A stretch of 59,370 nt of DNA, counting the filler. It is 3 parts of 3 records of this genome, joined end to end, with 100 filler letters (N's around TTAATTAATTAA, not from the genome) between each part and the next. Parts side by side here need not be neighbours in the genome. Positions count along the whole stretch, not along the records: positions 1 to 27,872 come from SRR31156797_5394; 2 more parts are not named here. One strand, written 5' to 3'. This document shows, piece after piece, positions 1-10,538 of the stretch. How positions within the stretch are numbered: position 1 is the first letter of the stretch; each line of letters starts with the position of its first letter. The translations under genes and the position numbers were made by a program. The notes under the pieces are model-generated. The model searched no databases, was not told the origin of the DNA, and saw only the letters and a list, made by a program, of their open reading frames with translations.

Positions 1-1
1 C

Positions 2-25
2 AGAGCAGATGATGAACAGTACTAG
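2..25 (+). CDS. Possible 3' end of an upstream gene (divIVA expected here)
   Basis: Frame reads RADDEQY-stop. divIVA usually precedes ileS in Firmicutes, but 7 codons cannot confirm it. Confidence 0.3.
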   Translation, partial: RADDEQY

Positions 26-217
26 GCGACTGCCGGGATCGTAGTAACCAAACGAGGAATCACTAGGATTGATTTTTAAAAATCAGTGAGACCTAAACAC
101 AAGGAAGTCATGGCAACCTATCCATTTTGATACGTCAATAGAAGCAATCGGTTGATCGAGTCGATGGATTTTGAAACTATACCAAAACGTTGAGAGACGA
201 AAAGGAGCGAAACAAGA

Positions 218-3013
218 ATGAAAATGAAAGAAACACTGCATCTTGGAAAAACCGCTTTTCCAATGCGAGGCAACTTGCCGAACCGCGAAGTGGATTGGCA
301 AAAAGAATGGGAAGAAAATCAATTGTATCAACGTCGTCAAGAATTAAATGAAGGCAAGCCAACCTTTGTCTTACACGATGGCCCTCCCTACGCAAATGGA
401 AATATCCATATCGGACATTCATTAAACAAAATCAGTAAAGACATCATCGTACGTTCCAAATCGATGTCAGGTTTCCGTTCCCCTTATGTACCTGGTTGGG
501 ATACTCATGGTTTACCGATCGAACAAGTACTGACCAATAAAGGGATCAAGCGCAAAGAAATGAGCTTGGCAGAATATCGCAAAAAATGTGAAGAATATGC
601 TTTGACACAAGTGGATACACAAAGAGCTGATTTCAAACGTTTAGGCGTTTCTGGTGACTGGGATCATCCATATATCACATTGACACCAGATTATGAAGCA
701 GCAGAAATCCGCGTGTTCGGAAAAATGGCAGAAAAAGGCTACATCTACAAAGGATTGAAACCAATTTACTGGTCACCATCTAGTGAATCATCATTAGCAG
801 AAGCTGAGATCGAATACAAAGATGTGAAATCACCATCGATCTATGTGGCTTTCCCAGTAGCAGATGGCAAAGATTTGCTTGATTCAGATACATCTTTTGT
901 TATCTGGACGACGACGCCATGGACCTTACCAGCGAATCTAGGAATCTCTGTGAATCCAACCTTTGCCTATGTTCAAATCTTGGCCGATGGCCGCAAATTC
1001 GTCGTGGCAAAAGATTTATTAGAAACCGTGACGAATGAGATCGGTTGGGAATCTGTCGAAGTATTACAAGAATTGGCTGGCGATCAATTGGAAAAAATGA
1101 CGGCACAACATCCTTTTTATGATCGTACGTCTCTATTGATGTTAGGGGACCATGTGACATTGGATGCCGGTACTGGTTTGGTCCACACTGCACCAGGACA
1201 CGGGGAAGATGACTACATCGTCAGCAAAAAATATGGTCTAGATGTCTTATCACCAGTCGATAGCCGTGGGGTCTTCACAGAAGAAGCACCAGGATTTGAA
1301 GGGGTCTTTTATGACAAAGCCAATCCAATGATCACTGAGCTTTTAGAAGAAAAAGGAGCCCTACTAAAACTAAACTTCTTTACTCACAGCTATCCACATG
1401 ATTGGCGGACGAAAAAACCAGTCATCTATCGGGCAACACCACAATGGTTTGCGTCTATTGATAAGTTCCGCCAAAATATTTTGGATGAAATCGAAAAAGT
1501 AGATTGGATCATTCCATGGGGCAAAACTCGTTTATACAATATGATTCGCGACCGCGGCGACTGGGTGATCTCTCGTCAACGTGCGTGGGGCGTTCCGTTG
1601 CCAATCTTTTATGCAGAAAACGGCGAAGCCATCATTACGCCTGAAACGATCGAGCATGTGGCAAACTTGTTTGCTGAACATGGTTCAACGATTTGGTTTG
1701 AAAAAGAAGCAGAAGAATTACTGCCAGCTGGCTTCACGCATCCGGGCTCACCAAATGGCAAATTCTCGAAAGAGACTGACATCATGGATGTTTGGTTTGA
1801 TTCAGGTTCTTCTCACGAAGCCGTGTTACGTCAACGTCCAGAATTGACGTTCCCAGCTGACATGTACTTGGAAGGTTCTGACCAATATCGTGGGTGGTTC
1901 AACTCAAGTATCACGACTAGTGTTGCGATCAATGAAGTCGCACCATATAAAGCCGTCTTGTCTCAAGGCTTCACCTTAGATGGCGAAGGTCGCAAGATGA
2001 GTAAATCTCTTGGTAATACCATTGCACCAGAAAAAGTGATCAATCAAATGGGTGCGGATATTTTGCGTCTTTGGGTCAGCAGTGTTGACTACGAAGCGGA
2101 TGTCCGAGTGTCTATGGATATCTTGAATCAAGTGTCAGAAGTCTATCGGAAGATTCGCAATACCATGCGTTTCTTATTAGCGAACACGAGTGATTTTGAT
2201 CCAGCAAAAGACAGCGTACCTTTTGAAAACTTGCGTTCTGTCGATAAATACATGATGGTTCGTTTGAATCAAACCATCAAAACGATTCGGGAAGATGGCT
2301 ATGAAAAATATAACTTCTTGCATATTTACCGGACAGTCATCAACTTCTTGACAGTCGATATGTCGTCCTTCTATTTGGATTTTGCGAAAGATGTCGTTTA
2401 TATCGAAGCTGAAAATGATTTCCAACGTCGCGCCATGCAAACCGTCTTCTATCAAACAGCGGTTGCATTGACGAAATTATTGACACCGATCATTCCGCAT
2501 ACCGCAGAAGAAATCTGGTCACACTTGAAAGAAGAAGAGGAATACGTACAGTTAGCGGAGTTCCCTGGCTATGATACATTTGCTAACCAAGAAGAACTGC
2601 TCGATCTTTGGCGGGCCTTCCTTGGTTTCCGTGACAATGTCTTAAAAGCATTAGAAGAAGCGCGTAATGCAAAATTGATCGGAAAGTCCTTTGAAGCGAA
2701 AGTCACTGTTTATCCAACTGAGCCAGTTGCGGCATTGCTAAAAGCTATCGATTCAGATATTGCACAACTGCTGATCATTTCACCAGACTTCTTAACGATC
2801 AAAGAAGTCGGTGAAGCAGCTCCTGAAGCGGCATATCAATTTGAGGATGTGGCGATCTTAGTTGAAAAAGCCGAAGGGGAAGTATGTGAACGTTGTCGCC
2901 AAATCCGGGTAGATGTTGGTGTAGAAGAGCAACTGCCAACACTTTGTGGGCATTGTGCAACCATCGTCAAAGAAAACTATCCCGAAGCAGTTGCAGAAGG
3001 CTTTGAAAAATAA
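218..3013 (+). CDS. ileS: Isoleucine--tRNA ligase
   Basis: 931 aa with HIGH ([11 protein letters not shown]), KMSKS and GWDTHGLP motifs and a C-terminal CERC..CGHC zinc site; AAGGAG RBS. Confidence 0.98.
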   Translation: MKMKETLHLGKTAFPMRGNLPNREVDWQKEWEENQLYQRRQELNEGKPTFVLHDGPPYANGNIHIGHSLNKISKDIIVRSKSMSGFRSPYVPGWDTHGLPIEQVLTNKGIKRKEMSLAEYRKKCEEYALTQVDTQRADFKRLGVSGDWDHPYITLTPDYEAAEIRVFGKMAEKGYIYKGLKPIYWSPSSESSLAEAEIEYKDVKSPSIYVAFPVADGKDLLDSDTSFVIWTTTPWTLPANLGISVNPTFAYVQILADGRKFVVAKDLLETVTNEIGWESVEVLQELAGDQLEKMTAQHPFYDRTSLLMLGDHVTLDAGTGLVHTAPGHGEDDYIVSKKYGLDVLSPVDSRGVFTEEAPGFEGVFYDKANPMITELLEEKGALLKLNFFTHSYPHDWRTKKPVIYRATPQWFASIDKFRQNILDEIEKVDWIIPWGKTRLYNMIRDRGDWVISRQRAWGVPLPIFYAENGEAIITPETIEHVANLFAEHGSTIWFEKEAEELLPAGFTHPGSPNGKFSKETDIMDVWFDSGSSHEAVLRQRPELTFPADMYLEGSDQYRGWFNSSITTSVAINEVAPYKAVLSQGFTLDGEGRKMSKSLGNTIAPEKVINQMGADILRLWVSSVDYEADVRVSMDILNQVSEVYRKIRNTMRFLLANTSDFDPAKDSVPFENLRSVDKYMMVRLNQTIKTIREDGYEKYNFLHIYRTVINFLTVDMSSFYLDFAKDVVYIEAENDFQRRAMQTVFYQTAVALTKLLTPIIPHTAEEIWSHLKEEEEYVQLAEFPGYDTFANQEELLDLWRAFLGFRDNVLKALEEARNAKLIGKSFEAKVTVYPTEPVAALLKAIDSDIAQLLIISPDFLTIKEVGEAAPEAAYQFEDVAILVEKAEGEVCERCRQIRVDVGVEEQLPTLCGHCATIVKENYPEAVAEGFEK

Positions 3014-3020
3014 TAGAACG

Positions 3021-3053
3021 AAAAAAGATGACCCATTGCGGGTCATCTTTTTT
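3021..3053. terminator. Bidirectional intrinsic terminator after ileS
   Basis: AAAAAAGATGACCC-attgc-GGGTCATCTTTTTT perfect stem with A and T tails. Confidence 0.9.
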
Positions 3054-3129
3054 GCGCTTGCTCATTCTTATTCCTTGAGAATGGGAGAAAAACGCACGTT
3101 TCTGACATGAATATGAGAAAATAGGTGGC

Positions 3130-3150
3130 AATTGATAACGATTCTCATTT
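3130..3150. promoter_or_regulatory. Fur-family box
   Basis: AATTGATAACGATTCTCATTT; core TGATAACGATTCTCA (3133-3147) has 2 mismatches to TGATAATnATTATCA. Confidence 0.6.
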
Positions 3151-3303
3151 GTTTGCAATAATTTTTCGACAGTTTATTGTATAATAAAAAAACCTTACTA
3201 GACGAAGTTTCTTCCTTAAGGTCTGTAGGCAATTGTTTGTTCGAGATGGAGTATTTCACTGTCAACAGAAGAAACCAACGAGCTCGGATCAAGTAAAAAA
3301 AAC

Positions 3304-3332
3304 TTGCCAGATAGAAAAACAGGTTGTAAACT
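3304..3332 (+). promoter_or_regulatory. Sigma-A promoter of gltBD
   Basis: TTGCCA-17 bp-TAAACT. Confidence 0.6.
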
Positions 3333-3344
3333 GTTAAAAATCGG

Positions 3345-3359
3345 AATATTCAGAATATT
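3345..3359. promoter_or_regulatory. CodY box
   Basis: AATATTCAGAATATT has 2 mismatches to AATTTTCWGAAAATT and lies just downstream of the predicted +1 of gltB. Confidence 0.65.
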
Positions 3360-3377
3360 GAAAGAAAGTGTGATTCC

Positions 3378-6300
3378 ATGAGTGATTTAGAGATGATGAG
3401 GAAAACGAACCAAACGATGTACGATGCCGCTTTTGAAAAAGATGCTTGTGGGATGGGGTTTATTGCACAAAAAGATGGTCGCTATTCCCGAGAACTTGTG
3501 CAAAATGCCTTAACAATGTTAGAACGGATGAACCACCGAGGGGGAACTGGCGCTGAACCTGACACAGGTGACGGAGCTGGAATTTTGATGGCAATGCCTG
3601 ACCCATTTTTTCAACAGCGAGCAAAAGAGGCCGAAATCCCATTGCCTGAAAAAGGTGCCTATGCTGTTGGGATGTTTTTTTTACCGAAAGAAAAGCTCCG
3701 AGCAGCACAGGTCCAAGAAGAAGTAACTAAAGACATTCAACAAATGGGTTTTACCGTTTTATGGCAACGGGATGTGCCTTATGATTATTATCAGTGTGGA
3801 CCGGGGGCGCAAAAAGTCATGCCCTCATTTGTGCAAGTCTTTATTGAAAAACCTGTCGATGTAGCTGCTGGCCGTCCCTTTGAAGATCAGCTTTACCGGC
3901 TACGACGTAAACTGGAAAAAACGTATCATACTGATGAGTTGTCTATCTGCAGCTTGTCCAGTAAGACAGTTGTTTATAAAGGAATGCTGCATGCCTATCA
4001 AGTTGGCTTATTTTTCAAAGATCTTCAAAGCCCAGAAATGACCTCTTGTATCGCATTGACCCATTCTCGTTTTTCGACAAATACCTTTCCAAGCTGGAGT
4101 CGGGCGCAACCTTTTCGTTTCTTAGCCCATAATGGCGAAATCAACACGTTACGCGGGGCAGAAAATTGGATGCATGGACATCAGATCGAAGTCTATGATG
4201 ATGAAAATTCTGATTCGGCGAAACTAGAAAATTGTATGGAATATTTGTACCGTCAAGGGCGAGATATTCCTCAAGCACTGTTGATGATGGTGCCAGAAGC
4301 GTGGTCAAAAGAAGCTGGATTGTCGCCGGAGCTGACGGCTTTTAATGAGTACAACGCAAGCTTTATGGCTCCTTGGGATGGACCGGCAGCTTTATGTTTT
4401 ACAGATGGGGATTTGGTAGGGGCTGCACTCGATCGAAATGGGTTACGGCCATCTCGCTACTCGATCACGAAAACTGGTTTTGTGGTCGTGGCCTCTGAGT
4501 CAGGTGTTGTCGATTTGCCAGCATCGGAAGTGATTGAAAAAGGGGTGCTTGGACCAGCAAATATGTTTTTGGTGGATACCAAAAAAGGAGTGATCTTACG
4601 CAATCAAGAAATCAAAGCTCATTATGCGAATGCCCATCCTTACCAGGAGTGGCTAGCGGATCACTTATTGATACCAGAGCTGCTTCCTGAGACTGAGAAG
4701 CAGGAGGAAACAGCAGATGATGCGATCCAGACCCTTTGGAAACGAAATGGTTACACGGATGAGATCATTCGCACGTTGATTTTACCAATGGCTCAAACGG
4801 GAGAAGAACCAGTGATCTCCATGGGGTTTGATTCACCCTTAGCTATTTTGAGCGAACGTCCCCAATCCTTGTTTACGTACTTCAAGCAACAATTCGCCCA
4901 AGTGACCAATCCGCCAATCGATGCGATTCGCGAAAAATTGGTGATCGGTACCGAGCTGTTTTTAGGTCGAGATGGGGATGTTTCAAAGGACATTCGAATC
5001 AATTGTAATAAGCTGAAGATTGCTAGTCCGGTGTTAAAAACGAGTGAATATGAAAAAATCAAACAGTTAGATCAAAATGGTCAAAAAGCGGCTTTACAGT
5101 CGATTCTTTATGATTATGTACCAGAAAACGGGGCAGCTTTGCAACAAGCGTTAGAAGCGCTTTTTAAAGAGACGGAGCAAAAAATCGATTCTGGGGCAAC
5201 GATCGTCATTTTAAGTGATCGGGAAGTCATCCAAGCGCAAGAAGGAAAAGTGGCGATTCCGATTCTCTTGGCGGTATCAGGTCTGCACAATTACTTGGTG
5301 CGAAAAGGCAAACGTTCCTTGGCATCAATCGTTGCGGATACTGCGGAAGTCTGTGAGGTCCATCATTATGCCATGTTAGTCGGCTACGGAGTAAGTGGGG
5401 TCCACCCTTATGGGGCTTACCAGACATTGGCGCATTTTGAGCTTTCAGAGAAGATCGAAAGTTACCGTAAAGCATGTGAAAAGGGCATTGTCAAAATCAT
5501 GTCACGAATGGGGATTTCAACGATCGCCGGTTACCATGGGGCGCAATTGTTTGAAGCTGTTGGTATCTCTGAGAAAGTCATCTCCGAATACTTTACCGGC
5601 ACGGTTACTCGTATCGGTGGACTTTCATTAGCGCAAATCGAGCAAGAATACTTAATGCGTTATGAAGCGGCGTATGGCGAGAAACGCGTGGATTATCTTG
5701 ATTCGGGCGGTAGTTTCCAATACAAAGCCGACGGGGAACATCATCTGTTCAATCCAAAAACGATCTATGGGTTTCAAAAAGCTGTTCGTACAGGCAGCTA
5801 TGCGCTTTATAAAGAATATGCGGCGGAGATGAACCAAGACGCGTTAGAGAATCCAACGACCCTCCGTTCTATGTGGACTTTTGGGAACACGAGACGCAGT
5901 ATTCCTTTAGCTGAGGTGGAACCTGTTGAAACGATCGTCAAACGGTTTAAAGTCGGCGCGATGTCTTACGGCTCTCTAAGTGAAGAGGCGCATCGCTGTA
6001 TTGCTGAAGGGATGAATGCGATCGGTGCAAAATCCAACAGTGGAGAAGGTGGAGAAAATCGGAATCGTTTCAAACCAGTGAAGGGCATTAACTATAACAG
6101 TCGTATCAAACAAGTAGCTTCTGGCCGTTTTGGTGTCAATGCCGAATATTTAATGAGTGCGGACGAACTCCAAATCAAAATGGCCCAAGGGGCAAAACCT
6201 GGTGAAGGTGGTCAATTGCCAGGCAACAAAGTCTTCCCATGGGTAGCGGAGATTCGTGGCTCAACACCTGGTGTCCGACTGATTTCGCCGCCACCACATC

Positions 6301-7883
6301 ACGACATTTATTCGATTGAAGATCTAGCCCAGCTGATCTATGACTTAAAGGCAATCAACCCGTATGCCCGCATCAATGTCAAATTGGTTTCTAGTACAGG
6401 TGTGGGTACGATCGCTACCGGTGTCGTCAAAGCCGGTGCAGACGTAGTCGTGATCTCAGGCTATGACGGTGGGACCGGTGCTTCTCCGAGAAATTCGATT
6501 CGGGATGCTGGCTTGCCTTGGGAGATGGGGCTTGCAGAAGCCCATCAAACGTTAGCTATGAATCATTTGCGGCAGCGAATGACCTTAGAGACAGATGGAA
6601 AATTAATGACGGGGCGTGACATCGCCATTGCTGCTCTTTTAGGAGCAGAAGAATATAGCTTTGCCTCTTTAGCGCTAGTTGCGATTGGTTGTGTCATGAT
6701 GCGAGTTTGCAGTATCAATACATGTCCTGTCGGCATTGCTACACAGAACCCAGCGTTGCGCAAATTTTTCGCAGGGAAACCTGAGCACATCATCAATACG
6801 ATGTACTTTTTAGCAGAAGATTTACGGGAAACGATGGCCGAGCTAGGGTTTCGCACGATTGATGAGATGGTAGGACACGCGGAATTGTTGACACCACGCT
6901 TCGTTGCTAAAGGCAAAGCAAAGTCATTAGACTTTTCGAAAATGATTGGGACGACGATCCCAATCGAACGCAAAGTGACCGATCCATTCCTTGAGAAACG
7001 TCAATGGCCAGAATTAGATGCTTTTGCACAAGCTGCTATCGACAACAATCAAGAAATCGTGACGAATCATACGATCAATAATGTTCAACGCTCAGTCGGC
7101 GCGCGTTTAGGAGGCTGGATCGCGGAACGTTTTGGCAATTATGAAGTTACGCCAGGTCTGTTACAGTTTACGTATCGAGGTATTGCTGGACAAAGCTTTG
7201 GGGCTTTTGCCACCCAGGGCATCCAGTTGAAACTGATCGGTGAGGCCAACGATTATGTAGCCAAAGGGTTGAGCGGTGCCCGCTTGATCATTGTGCCACC
7301 TGAAGATGCCGCTTATGACGCAGAGCATTCACCAATTGTTGGTAATGTAGCGTGCTTCGGGGCAAATCGAGGCGAAGGCTATTTCCGAGGCATTGCTGGC
7401 GAACGCTTTTGTGTTCGTAACAGTGGAGCCAATGTCGTTGTCGAAGGTGTTGGCGATCATGGCTGTGAGTACATGACTGGCGGTGTTGTGGTGATATTAG
7501 GAAAAACCGGCCGCAACTTCGGTGCTGGAATGTCCGGTGGCGTGGCGTATGTTTACGACCCCGATCAAACCTTTGCCGATAAATGCAATCGGGAAATGGT
7601 CGATTTATATCGGATTGGCGAAAGCGGCGATGACCACCAACTAAAAGAGATGATCCAGCAGCATTTCGCCTATACAGATTCATTGAAGGCGGCTGAGATC
7701 CTAGAAGATTGGGAAAATCAGCAGCACCATTTCATCAAAGTCTATCCGACAGAATACCATCAGATGATCCAAGCGACGGAGACCTTGGCGGACCAAGGGT
7801 TTGTCGGAGATGAACTTGTGACGAAAGCCTTCGAAGCTGTCGTCGGTCCACAATTGACCATCCCAGGAAAGGAGCGTGACTAA
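3378..7883 (+). CDS. gltB: Glutamate synthase large subunit
   Basis: DACGMG Ntn cysteine, HSRFSTNT, QGAKPGEGGQLPG and the 3Fe-4S motif CVMMRVCSINTCPVG; 1501 aa. Confidence 0.97.
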   Translation: MSDLEMMRKTNQTMYDAAFEKDACGMGFIAQKDGRYSRELVQNALTMLERMNHRGGTGAEPDTGDGAGILMAMPDPFFQQRAKEAEIPLPEKGAYAVGMFFLPKEKLRAAQVQEEVTKDIQQMGFTVLWQRDVPYDYYQCGPGAQKVMPSFVQVFIEKPVDVAAGRPFEDQLYRLRRKLEKTYHTDELSICSLSSKTVVYKGMLHAYQVGLFFKDLQSPEMTSCIALTHSRFSTNTFPSWSRAQPFRFLAHNGEINTLRGAENWMHGHQIEVYDDENSDSAKLENCMEYLYRQGRDIPQALLMMVPEAWSKEAGLSPELTAFNEYNASFMAPWDGPAALCFTDGDLVGAALDRNGLRPSRYSITKTGFVVVASESGVVDLPASEVIEKGVLGPANMFLVDTKKGVILRNQEIKAHYANAHPYQEWLADHLLIPELLPETEKQEETADDAIQTLWKRNGYTDEIIRTLILPMAQTGEEPVISMGFDSPLAILSERPQSLFTYFKQQFAQVTNPPIDAIREKLVIGTELFLGRDGDVSKDIRINCNKLKIASPVLKTSEYEKIKQLDQNGQKAALQSILYDYVPENGAALQQALEALFKETEQKIDSGATIVILSDREVIQAQEGKVAIPILLAVSGLHNYLVRKGKRSLASIVADTAEVCEVHHYAMLVGYGVSGVHPYGAYQTLAHFELSEKIESYRKACEKGIVKIMSRMGISTIAGYHGAQLFEAVGISEKVISEYFTGTVTRIGGLSLAQIEQEYLMRYEAAYGEKRVDYLDSGGSFQYKADGEHHLFNPKTIYGFQKAVRTGSYALYKEYAAEMNQDALENPTTLRSMWTFGNTRRSIPLAEVEPVETIVKRFKVGAMSYGSLSEEAHRCIAEGMNAIGAKSNSGEGGENRNRFKPVKGINYNSRIKQVASGRFGVNAEYLMSADELQIKMAQGAKPGEGGQLPGNKVFPWVAEIRGSTPGVRLISPPPHHDIYSIEDLAQLIYDLKAINPYARINVKLVSSTGVGTIATGVVKAGADVVVISGYDGGTGASPRNSIRDAGLPWEMGLAEAHQTLAMNHLRQRMTLETDGKLMTGRDIAIAALLGAEEYSFASLALVAIGCVMMRVCSINTCPVGIATQNPALRKFFAGKPEHIINTMYFLAEDLRETMAELGFRTIDEMVGHAELLTPRFVAKGKAKSLDFSKMIGTTIPIERKVTDPFLEKRQWPELDAFAQAAIDNNQEIVTNHTINNVQRSVGARLGGWIAERFGNYEVTPGLLQFTYRGIAGQSFGAFATQGIQLKLIGEANDYVAKGLSGARLIIVPPEDAAYDAEHSPIVGNVACFGANRGEGYFRGIAGERFCVRNSGANVVVEGVGDHGCEYMTGGVVVILGKTGRNFGAGMSGGVAYVYDPDQTFADKCNREMVDLYRIGESGDDHQLKEMIQQHFAYTDSLKAAEILEDWENQQHHFIKVYPTEYHQMIQATETLADQGFVGDELVTKAFEAVVGPQLTIPGKERD

Positions 7884-7884
7884 T

Positions 7885-9324
7885 ATGGCAGATCCATTTG
7901 GTTTTTTAAAGTACCCAAGAGTAGAAAATCCTACCCGACCAGTGGCAGAACGAATCGAAGACTGGCAAGAATTACAGACGCCATTGCCTGAAAATGAGCG
8001 TCAAGAGCAAGCAGCACGCTGTATGAACTGCGGGATTCCTTTTTGTCATACCGGTTCTTTTTACGGGGGGCAACGAGCGGTTTCAGGTTGTCCCAATGAC
8101 AACCTGATTCCTGAATGGAATGACTTGGTTTATCAAGGGCGTTTCCAAGCCGCTTTTGAGCGTCTTGCCAAAACCAACCCATTACCTGAAATGACTGGTC
8201 GTGTTTGTCCAGCTCCTTGTGAAAAAGGCTGTACCGAAGCACTGAATGGCTCAGGTGTCACGATCCACGACAATGAACGCTTTATTATCGATACTGCTTT
8301 TGAAAATGATTGGGTCAAAGCCTCGGGATTGCCTCAAGAAGCGACTGGGTTCAAAGTTGCCATCGTCGGCAGCGGACCAGCTGGTTTATCCGCTGCATGG
8401 CGCTTGAATCAACTAGGGCATCAAGTGACGGTCTATGAACGCAGTGATCGCTTTGGCGGTTTACTGATGTACGGTATTCCAAATATGAAATTAGATAAAG
8501 ACGTCGTTCAGCGACGGATTGACTTGATGGCAGAGCTAGGCGTGACCTTTGTCGCTAATACGGAGATCGGTCGTGACTTGTCAGCAGAAGAATTGGCCGC
8601 TCAGTATGATCGGGTCATCTTGGCAACAGGAGCTAGTGTTCCTCGTGACTTGAAGATTCCAGGTCGTGAATTGACTGGGGTGCAATTTGCAGTCGATTAT
8701 CTGACGGAAGCAACCAAAGATGTGTTAAAGCATGGCAAAGCGGCAACAAGTAAAAAACTTGCTGGCAAGCATGTTATCGTGATTGGTGGCGGCGACACTG
8801 GAAATGACTGTATTGGTTCAGCGATTCGGCAAGGAGCCGCTTCTGTGCGTCAATTGGAGATCACGCCCCAACTGCCATTGACACGGACCAACAGCAATCC
8901 TTGGCCAGAATACCCAATGACAGCTCGCACAGGATATGGGCAAGAAGAAGCGGCTGAAGTGCTACAAACACAAGTGACGTATCATGGAGTGTCCACAACG
9001 GCCTTTATCGGCGCCGAACGCGGCCAGTTGATCGCCATCGAAACGGTCTCAGTAGATCAACAGTTTCAGCCGATCCCTGGCACAGAGCAAGTGATCAAGG
9101 CGGATTTGGTCTTGCTGGCAATGGGCTTTGTTGGTGCAGAGACCCAACTCTTCGATGCCTTTGGTGTGCGAGAAGTGTACGATGATTACACGACGAACAA
9201 TGAACGAGTGTTAGTCGCAGGAGATGCCAAAAGAGGACCGAGTTTAGTCATCTGGGCGATTCGTGAAGGACGCTTAGCGGCAGAAAAAGTCGATCAAGCA
9301 TTACGATCTTTGGTGTATCAATAA
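7885..9324 (+). CDS. gltD: Glutamate synthase small subunit
   Basis: RCMNCGIPFC, GRVCPAPCE, GSGPAG and GGGDTG motifs. ATG at 7885 fits the RBS better than GTG at 7876. Confidence 0.96.
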   Translation: MADPFGFLKYPRVENPTRPVAERIEDWQELQTPLPENERQEQAARCMNCGIPFCHTGSFYGGQRAVSGCPNDNLIPEWNDLVYQGRFQAAFERLAKTNPLPEMTGRVCPAPCEKGCTEALNGSGVTIHDNERFIIDTAFENDWVKASGLPQEATGFKVAIVGSGPAGLSAAWRLNQLGHQVTVYERSDRFGGLLMYGIPNMKLDKDVVQRRIDLMAELGVTFVANTEIGRDLSAEELAAQYDRVILATGASVPRDLKIPGRELTGVQFAVDYLTEATKDVLKHGKAATSKKLAGKHVIVIGGGDTGNDCIGSAIRQGAASVRQLEITPQLPLTRTNSNPWPEYPMTARTGYGQEEAAEVLQTQVTYHGVSTTAFIGAERGQLIAIETVSVDQQFQPIPGTEQVIKADLVLLAMGFVGAETQLFDAFGVREVYDDYTTNNERVLVAGDAKRGPSLVIWAIREGRLAAEKVDQALRSLVYQ

Positions 9325-9333
9325 GCAATCAAT

Positions 9334-9402
9334 AAAAAACAACCTGAGCAGCTATTCCTCCTTCTGAATTAGAAGGGGAGCAGCGAAATGCTCAGGTTGT
9401 TT
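9334..9402. terminator. Long hairpin, probable bidirectional terminator between gltD and vanS
   Basis: AAACAACCTGAGCA...TGCTCAGGTTGTTT with an inner CTCCTTCT/AGAAGGGG stem, between convergent genes. Confidence 0.8.
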
Positions 9403-9407
9403 GCCTG

Positions 9408-10538
9408 TTAAGCGGTTGGTTCAGATGGATGGGGCTTTGACCGCTGTTCATTTTTTTCCATTGCTGCCTTCGGTAGGCGAATCGAAAAGACGATGGTTTC
9501 ATCACGGCTTTCCGCCCAGATCTTTCCACCTAATGCTTCAACGATTTCTTTGGCGATCGGCAAACCAAGACCCGTCCCACCCGTCGCTGTTGCTCGGGAA
9601 GCATCCATTCGGTAGAAAGGCTCAAAAATCAAATCGATCTTTTCAGCTGGGATCGTTTTTCCTTGATTGGTCAAACGAATCAGGATATCATCAGACTCGC
9701 TGATGGCTAATCGCAAAGGGGAGTTAGGATAGCTATAATTGATGGCATTGCGGATCAAGTTATCAAAAACGCGTTCCATTTTCTCCGTATCAACGGTTGC
9801 AAAGACTTTCTTCTGTAGCTGAAGTTGCCAATGGAGGTTTTTTTCTTCTAACAGCGGCAAAAATTCAAACGTCAACTGTTCCAGCATCAAGCTCAGATCC
9901 GTGGTTTCCGTTTGCAAGGCGATCGTTGTAAGATTAAAGCGGGTGATTTCGAAAAATTCGCTGATCAATAGTTCCAGCCGTTGGGCTTTTTGCAAGGCGA
10001 TCTTCGTATAGCGTGCGCGTAGTTCGGTAGAAAGCTGCGGTTCCTCTTCTAAAAGCGTCAAATAGCCGATCACACTGGTCAAAGGCGTTCGTAAATCATG
10101 TGCGAGATAGACGATCAAATCATTTTTTCGTTGTTCCGCTTCTTTGGCGGCTCGTTGATCCTGTAAGTTTTTCTCTCGCAACTGGTTCATTTCTTCTTGC
10201 ACATCAATCATATTGCTGGAAAGAACGATTCGCTTCGTGGGTTCGGCAATCAGTTGGTTTGTGGCTTGGATCGTTTCATTCAAATAACTGATAGCTTTAC
10301 TCATATAATAAATCGTTGTGCTCACCCAAATCAGCAAGGCACCGATCGCTAGACAGACGAGCCAATAATCAGCAAAAAGCCGTAATATTTGATAAATGGG
10401 CTCATAGCCGTACCAAACCCTCAATCCTGCTACAAAGCGAACAGTTAAAGGGATCAGAATCAAAAGGAGCATTAAAACACCTGTGGTGATAAAGTATTGA
10501 GTCAAAAGTTTCCGGATCAATGGACTTCTATTTTTCAA
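9408..10538 (-). CDS. vanS: VanC-type sensor histidine kinase
   Basis: Two TM segments, H-box LAHDLRTPL, N-box NLIRNA and G-box GTGLGL; last gene of the van cluster. Confidence 0.95.
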   Translation of the reverse strand: MKNRSPLIRKLLTQYFITTGVLMLLLILIPLTVRFVAGLRVWYGYEPIYQILRLFADYWLVCLAIGALLIWVSTTIYYMSKAISYLNETIQATNQLIAEPTKRIVLSSNMIDVQEEMNQLREKNLQDQRAAKEAEQRKNDLIVYLAHDLRTPLTSVIGYLTLLEEEPQLSTELRARYTKIALQKAQRLELLISEFFEITRFNLTTIALQTETTDLSLMLEQLTFEFLPLLEEKNLHWQLQLQKKVFATVDTEKMERVFDNLIRNAINYSYPNSPLRLAISESDDILIRLTNQGKTIPAEKIDLIFEPFYRMDASRATATGGTGLGLPIAKEIVEALGGKIWAESRDETIVFSIRLPKAAMEKNEQRSKPHPSEPTA

